From Clostridia bacterium (GTDB lineage Bacteria; Bacillota; Clostridia; TANB77; CAG-508): a stretch of 64,000 nt of DNA. The stretch lies in the NCBI GenBank assembly GCA_017528085.1, contig JAFXPH010000007.1, forward strand, positions 11,285 through 75,284, in the 5' to 3' direction. The notes under the pieces are model-generated. The model searched no databases. It was not told the DNA's origin and saw only the letters and a list, made by a program, of their open reading frames with translations. This document shows positions 19,972 to 27,707 of this stretch, piece after piece. Position numbers and translations under genes: made by a program. Within the stretch, counting starts at the first letter, position 1; every line of letters starts with the position of its first letter.

Positions 19972-20093
19972 GTATTTCTTAGTACATGAGTTATTATAGT
20001 ACACAGAAGCCAAGATGTCAAGGATTTTATTAAATTTATTAGTTAAAAGGCTTCAAAATTAGCTCTAAAACGATGCACATAAACTCCGAAAAT

Positions 20094-20122
20094 TTGCAAT
20101 TATGTTAATAATATGGTATAAT
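20094..20122 (+). promoter_or_regulatory. Strong promoter TTGCAA-17-TATAAT with TG extension, driving pilin paralog 1
   Basis: ttgcaa (20094..20099), a 17-nt spacer, then tggtataat. Confidence 0.6.
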
Positions 20123-20552
20123 TAGTTAAGTGTAAGTAAAGGAGGATTCTTTATTATGTTAAAAAAATCAATTAAAGTGGCTATCGTATTAGCTATGGTT
20201 ATAATGATGGTATCTGTGCTTACAGGAGACACAATTGCTATGACAATAAGTGGAGCTAAAGATACAAAATTTTCAGGCGCACAAGATACATCAGGTGCAG
20301 CTAGTTCTTTAAATACATTAATTGGTGCAGCAATCACAATCGTACAAGTTGTTGGTTCTGGTGTTGCAGTAGTTATGCTTATTGTTCTAGCTATTAAATA
20401 TATTTCAGCAGCTCCTAGCGACAAAGCTGAAATTAAGAAACATGCCGTAGTATACGTAGTTGGTGCTATCGTATTATTCGCTGCTTCTGGTATTTTAGGA
20501 ATTGTAAAACAATTCTCAAATTCAGTTAAAGCTTCAAATGAATAATGATAGA
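20117..20552 (+). repeat. Direct repeat copy 1 (promoter -10, RBS and pilin gene)
   Basis: Aligns with 20737..21172 at a 620-bp offset. The 3' ~260 nt are nearly identical; the signal-peptide part has diverged. Confidence 0.85.
20156..20545 (+). CDS. VirB2/TrbC/Maff2-like two-helix pilin candidate, paralog 1
   Basis: RBS aaaggagg and a signal peptide, then two hydrophobic helices joined by the loop IKYISAAPSDKAEIKKH. The gene has its own promoter and terminator. Confidence 0.65.
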   Translation: MLKKSIKVAIVLAMVIMMVSVLTGDTIAMTISGAKDTKFSGAQDTSGAASSLNTLIGAAITIVQVVGSGVAVVMLIVLAIKYISAAPSDKAEIKKHAVVYVVGAIVLFAASGILGIVKQFSNSVKASNE

Positions 20553-20586
20553 CAAAAGTATGTAAATTTGTTAATTAATAAAAGGA

Positions 20587-20622
20587 AAGCTATTCTTTTG
20601 TTGAATAGCTTTTCTTTTTTTA
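20587..20622 (+). terminator. Terminator after pilin 1
   Basis: aaagctattc/gaatagcttt hairpin plus T-run. Confidence 0.7.
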
Positions 20623-20736
20623 TATTTTTGTAAAGTAAATATAATAAAAAAAATATTTACAAAAAAAATATAATGTGTTATTATCAAATTATGAATAATA
20701 AGCTTAATGGTCGTATACTTTATAATATAAAATTAG

Positions 20737-21172
20737 TATAATGAGTTAAGTGTAAGTAAAGGAGGATTCTTTATTATGTTAAAAAGATCAATTAGAATAG
20801 CTATCGTGTTAGCTCTAGCTGTTGTTATGATTTCAGTATTAGCTGGAAACACATTTGCTATGACAAGAAGTGGAGCTACAGATACAAAATTCTCAAACGC
20901 ATCAGATACATCAGGTGCAGCTAGTTCTTTAAATACATTAATTGGTGCAGCAATCACAATCGTACAAGTTGTTGGTTCTGGTGTTGCAGTAGTTATGCTT
21001 ATCGTATTAGCTATTAAATATATTTCAGCAGCTCCTAGCGATAAAGCTGAAATTAAGAAACACGCTGTAGTATACGTAGTTGGTGCTATCGTATTATTCG
21101 CTGCTTCTGGTATTTTAGGAATTGTAAAACAATTCTCAAATTCAGTTAAAGCTTCAAATGAATAATGATAAT
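20737..21172 (+). repeat. Direct repeat copy 2
   Basis: See 20117..20552. Confidence 0.85.
20776..21165 (+). CDS. Pilin candidate, paralog 2
   Basis: The C-terminal 87 aa (DTSGAASSLNT...VKASNE) are identical to paralog 1. The signal peptide differs. Confidence 0.65.
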   Translation: MLKRSIRIAIVLALAVVMISVLAGNTFAMTRSGATDTKFSNASDTSGAASSLNTLIGAAITIVQVVGSGVAVVMLIVLAIKYISAAPSDKAEIKKHAVVYVVGAIVLFAASGILGIVKQFSNSVKASNE

Positions 21173-21188
21173 GAATCAAAAAATATAA

Positions 21189-21220
21189 AAAGTTGGAAAT
21201 TTATTTCCAACTTTTTTTCT
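21189..21220 (+). terminator. Terminator after pilin 2
   Basis: agttggaaat/atttccaact hairpin plus T-run. Confidence 0.7.
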
Positions 21221-21301
21221 TTTTCTATTTATTTTTTGATTTTTGTGATAAAATGTTTGTAATTGATAATAGAAATACATTTGTATAAAAGCCTCAAATC
21301 G

Positions 21302-21330
21302 TTGACTTTTAGGTAAAAATATGAGATAAT
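21302..21330 (+). promoter_or_regulatory. Promoter TTGACT-17-GATAAT with TG extension, upstream of pilin paralogs 3-7
   Basis: ttgact (21302..21307), a 17-nt spacer, then tgagataat. Confidence 0.55.
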
Positions 21331-21374
21331 TATAATAAGGAGAGGTTTAGGTTTTTGCAAAGGAGGAAATCATT

Positions 21375-21746
21375 ATGAGTAAAAAAATTATTAAAGCAAT
21401 GTTAGTATTACTACTTTTATTATTCTGTAGCACTTTTATATATACATGTTCTGCTGCTAATTTTAGTATTACAGGTACAGTTACAAAAATTGAAGGTAAA
21501 CCCAATAATAATTTAAATTCTAAAGCAACAAATATTATGGGTGCTGCTGTTGGAATTGTTAAAGTAGTTGCTGCTGGTATTGCTGTTATTATGCTATTAG
21601 TTTTAGCAATGAAATATATGTTAGCTGCTCCTAGTGATAGAGCAGAGATCAAAAAACACGCAGTTGTTTATGTTGCTGGTGCATTTATAATGTTTGGTGT
21701 AGCAGGAATATTACAAGCAATTCAAACTTTCTCAAGCAATTTATAG
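21375..21746 (+). CDS. Pilin candidate, paralog 3
   Basis: Signal peptide (...TCSA/AN) and the loop MKYMLAAPSDRAEIKKH between two hydrophobic helices. Confidence 0.62.
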   Translation: MSKKIIKAMLVLLLLLFCSTFIYTCSAANFSITGTVTKIEGKPNNNLNSKATNIMGAAVGIVKVVAAGIAVIMLLVLAMKYMLAAPSDRAEIKKHAVVYVAGAFIMFGVAGILQAIQTFSSNL

Positions 21747-21829
21747 GCTAAGAATAACTTGTGTTTTAAGAATTTAGTTATTAATTTTTAAATAATATAT
21801 TACTACAAAAGAAATGGAGGATTAGTATT

Positions 21830-22201
21830 ATGAGAAGAATTATTAAAAATGTTAGTATAGTGCTATTATTGTTAGTTATTTTAAGTTCAATAATAACAGT
21901 TACTTATGCAGCAACACAAATGAGTATTCCAATTGATGGAGTTATTTCTGCAGGAAGTGGTGCAAAAGGTGCTTCTTCTGTTAAAACTGTAATGGGTGGT
22001 GCAGTCGTTATTGCTCAAGTAATTGCAGCTGGTGTTGCAGTTATTATGCTATTGGTTTTAGCAATGAAATATATGTCAGCAGCTCCTGGTGAAAAAGCTG
22101 AGATCAAAAAACATGCTGTTATATATGTAGTTGGTGCTATTATTATGTTTGCTGTAACAGGTATTCTAGAAATTATTAAACAATTTGCATCAAATATATA
22201 A
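21830..22201 (+). CDS. Pilin candidate, paralog 4
   Basis: Signal peptide (...VTYA/AT) and the loop MKYMSAAPGEKAEIKKH. Confidence 0.62.
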   Translation: MRRIIKNVSIVLLLLVILSSIITVTYAATQMSIPIDGVISAGSGAKGASSVKTVMGGAVVIAQVIAAGVAVIMLLVLAMKYMSAAPGEKAEIKKHAVIYVVGAIIMFAVTGILEIIKQFASNI

Positions 22202-22253
22202 CAAAGAACTATTCAGTTAGTTTGATTAAATATGTTGATGAAGGGATACACTT

Positions 22254-22634
22254 ATGAATAAAAAAACTTTTAAAATATTCGTAAAAATATTTTGTGTTTT
22301 AGCATTGATAGTTTTAATTTCTGGTAATCATCTATTTGTATTTGGTGCAGACAATTTCAAACCTAGCAGTTTTGATGGAAAAACAAATACTAAGATGGAA
22401 ACAGGAATTGTTACTGGATTTGGTGCTGCATTAGGAGTTATTAGAGTTGTCGGTACAGGTATAGCTATGATTGGATTGCTAATAATTGCTATTAGATATA
22501 TGGTTGCTTCACCTGGACAAAGAGCCGATTACAAGAAAAACTTAATTGGATTCACAATTGGAGCATTTATTCTAATTGCTGCATCACAAATTTTAGGTAT
22601 TATTTCTGATTTATCTAATGATGTTATGAAATAA
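22254..22634 (+). CDS. Pilin candidate, paralog 5
   Basis: Signal peptide and the loop IRYMVASPGQRADYKKN. Confidence 0.6.
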   Translation: MNKKTFKIFVKIFCVLALIVLISGNHLFVFGADNFKPSSFDGKTNTKMETGIVTGFGAALGVIRVVGTGIAMIGLLIIAIRYMVASPGQRADYKKNLIGFTIGAFILIAASQILGIISDLSNDVMK

Positions 22635-22672
22635 TAAAACTTAGAATAATACAAAATAGTATGGAGAATAGT

Positions 22673-23093
22673 ATGAAAAAAGGATTAACAATTAATAAAA
22701 TAATAATTGCTATTATAATTGTTCTAATTATGTCTTTTGCTATACAAGGAAATGTATATGCTGCTAACGTACCTGGAGCTGGTGGCGGTGGCGGTGGCCG
22801 GAGGAGGACCATTAAGTAAGTTTAATGGGACAATCAAAGGCGCTAGTGGCGCAAAATCAGGAATAGAGACATTATTGGGAACTGTTTTAACAGGCGTTAG
22901 ACTTGTTGGAGCTGGTTTAGCAATTTGTATTTTATCTTATGTAGGAATTAAATATATGCTTGCTTCAGCTGGTGAGAGAGCTGAACTAAAAAATTACATG
23001 TTAAGATATGTAATAGGTGCTGTTATATTAATTTCAGGGACATTTATTGTTACTGAATTGATCAAACTAGCTCAAAGTATAACAGGTACTTAA
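22673..23093 (+). pseudogene. Pilin candidate, paralog 6, split by a +1 frameshift in a GGT/GGC glycine tract
   Basis: The signal peptide MKKGLTINKIIIAIIIVLIMSFAIQGNVYA/AN...GGGGGG is in one frame (22673..22819, stop TAA). The mature two-helix domain (loop IKYMLASAGERAELKNY) is in the frame of the listed ORF 22737..23093. Deleting one c in ggtggccgg would restore a single ORF. Confidence 0.6.
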
Positions 23094-23131
23094 TTTAAGA
23101 GTAAAAATCAATTTGAAAGTGAAGGAAAGCT

Positions 23132-23521
23132 ATGAAAAGTTTTATTAAAAAAACAAGTATAGTTCTAGCATTATTACTTGTTGTTATAATTGTCTTTAAT
23201 AATAGCGTTTATGCTGCTAAAACTGTATCTAGCCTAATAGGCAGTGCTACATGGAACAAAGTAAAACAAGGTGACCAAGGTACTAATGGTATTACAGATG
23301 CTTTAAATACTATATTGGGTATAGTTCAGATAGCTGGTACAGGTATTGCTCTTATTAGTATTACTTTGACTGGTATCAGATATATGCTAGCATCTGTTGA
23401 AGATAAAGCGCAAACAAAAAAATATTTAGTAGGTGCTTTGATAGGATCTTTACTTCTATTTGGTGGAATAGGAATTATGAAGATTATTCAAAACGTTACT
23501 ACTACTGCATTTAAGAACTAA
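23132..23521 (+). CDS. Pilin candidate, paralog 7
   Basis: Signal peptide (...SVYA/AK) and the loop IRYMLASVEDKAQTKKY. Confidence 0.6.
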   Translation: MKSFIKKTSIVLALLLVVIIVFNNSVYAAKTVSSLIGSATWNKVKQGDQGTNGITDALNTILGIVQIAGTGIALISITLTGIRYMLASVEDKAQTKKYLVGALIGSLLLFGGIGIMKIIQNVTTTAFKN

Positions 23522-23609
23522 CAAAAATAATTAAAAAAATAGAAAAAGAAAGTAGGCAATTTTGTCTACTTTTTTTGCATTTTTTTACATTACAATTGTG
23601 TTAAAAATA

Positions 23610-23638
23610 TTGAAAAGAATAAATTTTATACATATAAT
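23610..23638 (+). promoter_or_regulatory. Near-consensus promoter TTGAAA-17-TATAAT for the machinery operon
   Basis: ttgaaa (23610..23615), a 17-nt spacer, tataat (23633..23638). A weak hairpin plus T-run follows pilin 7 at about 23550..23580. Confidence 0.6.
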
Positions 23639-23681
23639 TATGTAAGAGAATCTATAATTAGGTGGAAAGGCGGAAAAATCC

Positions 23682-24056
23682 ATGAAAACAAAGATTTTTA
23701 AGTTATTAATAGTAGTGATTATTTTAGGTATTGCTTTTAGTGTGCCAGCACGTGCTGCAACACTAACTTCTATGGCAGGAAAGGCAAAAACTTTCTTGAG
23801 TAAAGGCGCAGGAGCAGATATTAATACTTCAAAATTAGAAACTGAATTTGCAGACTTAGGTGCAATTTTAACAACGATAGGCGCTGGTATATTACTAATT
23901 GCTACAGCATATATGGGTATTAGATATTTTATGGCAAATCCTGAAGAGCAAGCCAGACTAAAAACTCAATTGGTTGGACTTGCAGTTTCTGCGGTTGTAG
24001 TATTCGGTGCAGTTTCTATTTGGAGACTAACAGTTGGAATATTTAAAGATATGTAG
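23682..24056 (+). CDS. Pilin candidate, paralog 8 (first gene of the machinery operon)
   Basis: Signal peptide (...PARA/AT) and the loop IRYFMANPEEQARLKTQ between two hydrophobic helices. Confidence 0.58.
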   Translation: MKTKIFKLLIVVIILGIAFSVPARAATLTSMAGKAKTFLSKGAGADINTSKLETEFADLGAILTTIGAGILLIATAYMGIRYFMANPEEQARLKTQLVGLAVSAVVVFGAVSIWRLTVGIFKDM

Positions 24057-24064
24057 GGGGAAAT

Positions 24065-24400
24065 ATGGGAACTTATTATATACCAAGAAACTATAAGGGT
24101 GAGTCAAGAATTTTATATATATTTACAGTCAAATCTCTAATTACTACAGCAGTTGGAGCAATGATAGGATCAATATTCTTATTGATATTTATGTCACTTA
24201 ACATGAAGCCAGTAGGAATTGGATTTATGGCTGTATTTGCTTTGTTTGGATGGGGATTTGGTGCTATCAAAATCCCAACTATAAATGGTCTTCCTGTTAC
24301 AAAGAAAATCGGTGGAGAACCAATAAGTGAGATTATAACAAGGCTTATAAAGTTTAAGAAAATAAGAAAGATGTATACATATATTAAGGAGGATAAGTAG
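24065..24400 (+). CDS. PrgI-family / VirB3-like small membrane protein
   Basis: 111 aa. The N-terminus YYIPRNYKGESRILYIFTVKSL is followed by two TM helices, the layout of Gram-positive PrgI-family proteins that precede VirB4. There is an 8-nt gap to the upstream gene. Confidence 0.6.
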   Translation: MGTYYIPRNYKGESRILYIFTVKSLITTAVGAMIGSIFLLIFMSLNMKPVGIGFMAVFALFGWGFGAIKIPTINGLPVTKKIGGEPISEIITRLIKFKKIRKMYTYIKEDK

Positions 24401-24402
24401 GC

Positions 24403-25683
24403 ATGAGTCCAGCAGAGAAAGCTCAATTATTAGATATGGGAGCCATAGCATTGGTGTTCGTAGTAATTTTACTAGGACTTTATTTCTTTTATTTAAACAG
24501 CAAGAAACCACAAAAGAAACAAAGAAATGAAGGAAAAGATTCAGTATCAGAAGACCAAGATCAAGGCGAGAAGAAAAAAGTTGAAGAATATGGAAGATTC
24601 CAAGGTGTATTAACAAGAGAATCAATTAAAGAATTTATGGAATTTGATGAAATTGTTGATAACATGATTGTTAGAAAGAACAGAGATCAATATATCATGG
24701 TTTTACAATGTAATGGTGTAAACTATGACTTAATGAGTGAACAAGAAAAGATATCTGTTGAGCAAGGTTTCGTGCAATTCTTAAATACATTAAGATTTCC
24801 AATTCAACTTTATATCCAAAGTAGAACTTTAAACTTAGTTGATATTATTGCTGAGTATAAAGCAAGGATAGATGAGTTTAATGAAGAAGTTCATAAGTTG
24901 GACGCAAAAATTCAAGATGCAATCAACAAAGGTAATAGAGCACTACAAGAAAAATTAGAATTTGAAAGAAGAAGAAAACTTAACGTTCTTGAATATGGAT
25001 ACAGTATTACAGACTATGTTGAAAAATTAGGATCTAATAAAAATATCCTACAACAAAAGACATATGTTGTTGTTTCATATTATGCTAGTGAAATTGGTGT
25101 AGGAACAGATAAATATTCTAAAGAAGAATTATATAATATGTGTTTCTCTGAGCTATATACAAGATGTCAAAATATTTCAAGTGCACTTAATACTTCACAA
25201 GTAACATGTAGTATCTTAGATTCAGAACAATTAGCAGAACTTCTTTATATTGCATACAACAGAGATGAGTCAGAGGTATTACAACTATCTAAGATGGTTA
25301 ATGCTCAATACGATTCATTATATAGCTCAGGAAAAGATGTACTAGATAAGAAGAAGGAAAAATTAGATAGAGAGATCAGTATTGACGCAATAGATGTTGC
25401 AACAGCAAGTTTATTAAAAGCAGATAAATTAAGACAACTTGAAATACTAGATCAACAAATGGAAAAGAATAAGAGAGTTGAAGAGAAGGCTCTTGAGCTA
25501 TTAGATACATATTCTAATCAGTTAGATGGTAGGGTATATGACATAGCTAAAAGCGAAGTAAAGAAGACTATAAAGAAAAGACAAGATGAAGAAGCAGCAA
25601 AAAATGGAACTGCACCAGCGGGAGACGCTAAAGCAGAAACAACTAAGAGAATCATTAGAAAAAAATCTGATTCAGAAGAATAA
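24403..25683 (+). CDS. Membrane-anchored protein with a VirB4-N-terminal-domain-like segment and no NTPase motifs
   Basis: One TM (IALVFVVILLGLYFFYL), a charged linker, then LQCNGVNYDLMSEQEKISVEQGFVQFLNTLRFPIQLY, which recalls the CagE/TrbE/VirB4 N-domain pattern G-x-D/N-x-x-L-x-S/T-x-x-E...L. No Walker A or B; C-terminal coiled coil. Confidence 0.4.
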   Translation: MSPAEKAQLLDMGAIALVFVVILLGLYFFYLNSKKPQKKQRNEGKDSVSEDQDQGEKKKVEEYGRFQGVLTRESIKEFMEFDEIVDNMIVRKNRDQYIMVLQCNGVNYDLMSEQEKISVEQGFVQFLNTLRFPIQLYIQSRTLNLVDIIAEYKARIDEFNEEVHKLDAKIQDAINKGNRALQEKLEFERRRKLNVLEYGYSITDYVEKLGSNKNILQQKTYVVVSYYASEIGVGTDKYSKEELYNMCFSELYTRCQNISSALNTSQVTCSILDSEQLAELLYIAYNRDESEVLQLSKMVNAQYDSLYSSGKDVLDKKKEKLDREISIDAIDVATASLLKADKLRQLEILDQQMEKNKRVEEKALELLDTYSNQLDGRVYDIAKSEVKKTIKKRQDEEAAKNGTAPAGDAKAETTKRIIRKKSDSEE

Positions 25684-25698
25684 TACGGAGGACAAGAG

Positions 25699-27696
25699 AT
25701 GTTTGGTAAAAAAGAAGAAGTTACAAGCGAACTTGAAGTAAAAGAGCCGGAAGTAAGTGGATTAAAGAAAAATGAAAGTTCATTTAAAGATTTAATTGCT
25801 CCTGGTGGAATCGATTGTAGTTACACAAACCACATTGAAATTTCATCAATGAGAACTAGATATGCAAGAAGCATGATAGTAGCAAATCTTCCAAGAATGT
25901 GTACTTTCCCAGAATTCTTAAGAGGACTATATACATTTGGAGATATAAACGTTTCGGTATTCATTAATCCAGTAAGTGAATCATCATCACAAACGGATTT
26001 AAATAGAACTATCAATGAAATCGAATCAGAAAGAATTGTAGCTATAGACAGAGGTGATATCAACCGTGAAAGAATCCTAGCACAAAAGAGAGAAGAAGCT
26101 GAGGAACTTCGTGATGGTATCGCAGCTGGTTTCAATAAATTATATGATTCTACAATAGTTGGAACATTATTTGCATACAGTATGGATGAACTTGATAAAT
26201 ATACTGAGTTACTTACAAACGAAATGGCAAAAGGCCTAATTGATATTAAACCAGCTTGGGCAATCCAAGAAGCAGCATTTAGAACTAACATGCCATTCTG
26301 TGATAATAAATTAAATAAAGCTCATACATTTGATAGAAATGCGATGTCAACAGTATTCCCATTCTTCGTATCAGATGTTGGACATGAGCAAGGTATTCCA
26401 CTAGGATTTAATAAACAAACTGGACTACCAATTCTATACGATAACTTCAGTTCTAAACTAACAAATTATAACATGGTTATATTTGGTAAGTCTGGTGCTG
26501 GTAAATCTGTTACAATCAAAACTATTACAGCAAGATCTGCAGTTTTGATGGGAATTGAATCATTAGCACTTGATGCTGAAGGTGAGTACGGTGTAGTTGC
26601 TGAATCACTTGGTGGTGTTAACGTAGTATTAAGCCCTAACTCAAAAACAGTTATCAATGTTTTCGATATAGAGCCAGAAAATGTTAAAGATGAAATTACA
26701 GGAAAAGAAAGAACTGTTCTTTCAGTAGAGAATAAAGTTGAAGACGTTACACAAGGTTTGTTAACAATGGCTAGAGGTTCTACAAGATCTCAAGAAGTTA
26801 ACGAGCTTACAAAACAAATTATTTCAGAATCAGTTGCAGAAGAATATGCTGCACTTGGTATTACTGATAACGTTGAAAGTTTATATGTAAGAAATGAAAC
26901 TCAAAAAATAAACTTTAATCAACAAGGTTACTTAGGAAGAACAAAGAAAGAGATGCCAACAATTGGATCTTGGTATGCAAGAATTTGTAGAAAGGCTGAA
27001 GAAAATGAGAACCCTGACTACAGATTCCACTTCAGTTACCTAGTAAAGGTTATGAAACAATATGTTAGAAAGTATCAAGGACAAATGGCATACTTCGATG
27101 GACAATCAACATTTGAATTGTTAGAAGGAGTTCCTTTCATTAACATAGATATTTCTCAATTAGAGGAAAGATTTGCTAGACCTTTGGCACAACAAATCAT
27201 GCTTTCATGGGTTTGGGAAAAATATGTTAAGAAAAATTCAGAAGATAAAACAAAAGCTTCTAAGAAAAGAGTTTTAGTTGATGAGGCATGGATGCTTTTA
27301 CCATACCCAGAAGCTGTAGACTTCTTAAATACAATGGCAAGACGTGCCAGAAAAAGAAATGTTTCTCTAGCAGTTATTTCACAAAAATTCCAAGACTTCT
27401 ATGAGAAACAAGAAGTACAAGCAGTTTTAACATCATCTGAAACAAAATTATTCTTAGCACAAGATAAATCAGAGATTGAATACTTAAGAGAAGTATTTAA
27501 ACTTAGTGAAGGTGAGGCAGGATTCTTAATCACATGTAGTAGAGGTGAAGGATTACTTAAAGTTGGTGGAGATTCAGCAATTTTAGCAATTCAACCTACT
27601 AAGAAAGAGTTTGAATTCGTTGAAACTAACCTTACAAAACAAATTGAGATGGAAAGACAAAGACGTGAGGCAGCAGAAAAACAAAATCAAGGATAG
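25699..27696 (+). CDS. VirB4-family T4SS ATPase
   Basis: Gram-positive VirB4-type N-terminus (DLIAPGGID...RYARSMIVANLPR), Walker A GKSGAGKS, Walker B VLVDEAWML, then RKRNVSLAVISQ. No TM segments. Confidence 0.85.
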   Translation: MFGKKEEVTSELEVKEPEVSGLKKNESSFKDLIAPGGIDCSYTNHIEISSMRTRYARSMIVANLPRMCTFPEFLRGLYTFGDINVSVFINPVSESSSQTDLNRTINEIESERIVAIDRGDINRERILAQKREEAEELRDGIAAGFNKLYDSTIVGTLFAYSMDELDKYTELLTNEMAKGLIDIKPAWAIQEAAFRTNMPFCDNKLNKAHTFDRNAMSTVFPFFVSDVGHEQGIPLGFNKQTGLPILYDNFSSKLTNYNMVIFGKSGAGKSVTIKTITARSAVLMGIESLALDAEGEYGVVAESLGGVNVVLSPNSKTVINVFDIEPENVKDEITGKERTVLSVENKVEDVTQGLLTMARGSTRSQEVNELTKQIISESVAEEYAALGITDNVESLYVRNETQKINFNQQGYLGRTKKEMPTIGSWYARICRKAEENENPDYRFHFSYLVKVMKQYVRKYQGQMAYFDGQSTFELLEGVPFINIDISQLEERFARPLAQQIMLSWVWEKYVKKNSEDKTKASKKRVLVDEAWMLLPYPEAVDFLNTMARRARKRNVSLAVISQKFQDFYEKQEVQAVLTSSETKLFLAQDKSEIEYLREVFKLSEGEAGFLITCSRGEGLLKVGGDSAILAIQPTKKEFEFVETNLTKQIEMERQRREAAEKQNQG

Positions 27697-27707
27697 GAAT
27701 TTCTATT

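Noticed and set aside
19972-20100. Search for an att-type direct repeat of the tRNA-Cys or tRNA-fMet 3' end at the left island border
   Set aside because: I saw no match of 12 nt or more by eye. This cannot be excluded without a computed alignment, so it is recorded as not found rather than as evidence.
20122-21652. Minus-strand ORFs 20122..20424, 20733..21179 and 21347..21652 opposite pilin paralogs 1-3
   Set aside because: These are mirror ORFs produced by the GCN/GTN/ATT-rich hydrophobic coding of the + strand genes. They have no RBS, and the + strand genes have promoters, RBSs and terminators.
24091-24625. Minus-strand ORFs 24091..24426 and 24194..24625
   Set aside because: They overlap the tightly coupled prgI-like and downstream genes in antisense and have no translation signals.
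25699-27696. Possibility that the 665-aa ATPase is the coupling protein (VirD4/TcpA/FtsK-like) rather than VirB4
   Set aside because: It has no N-terminal TM helices. Its position right after a PrgI/VirB3-like gene and its VirB4-style N-domain and DEAW motif all fit VirB4.
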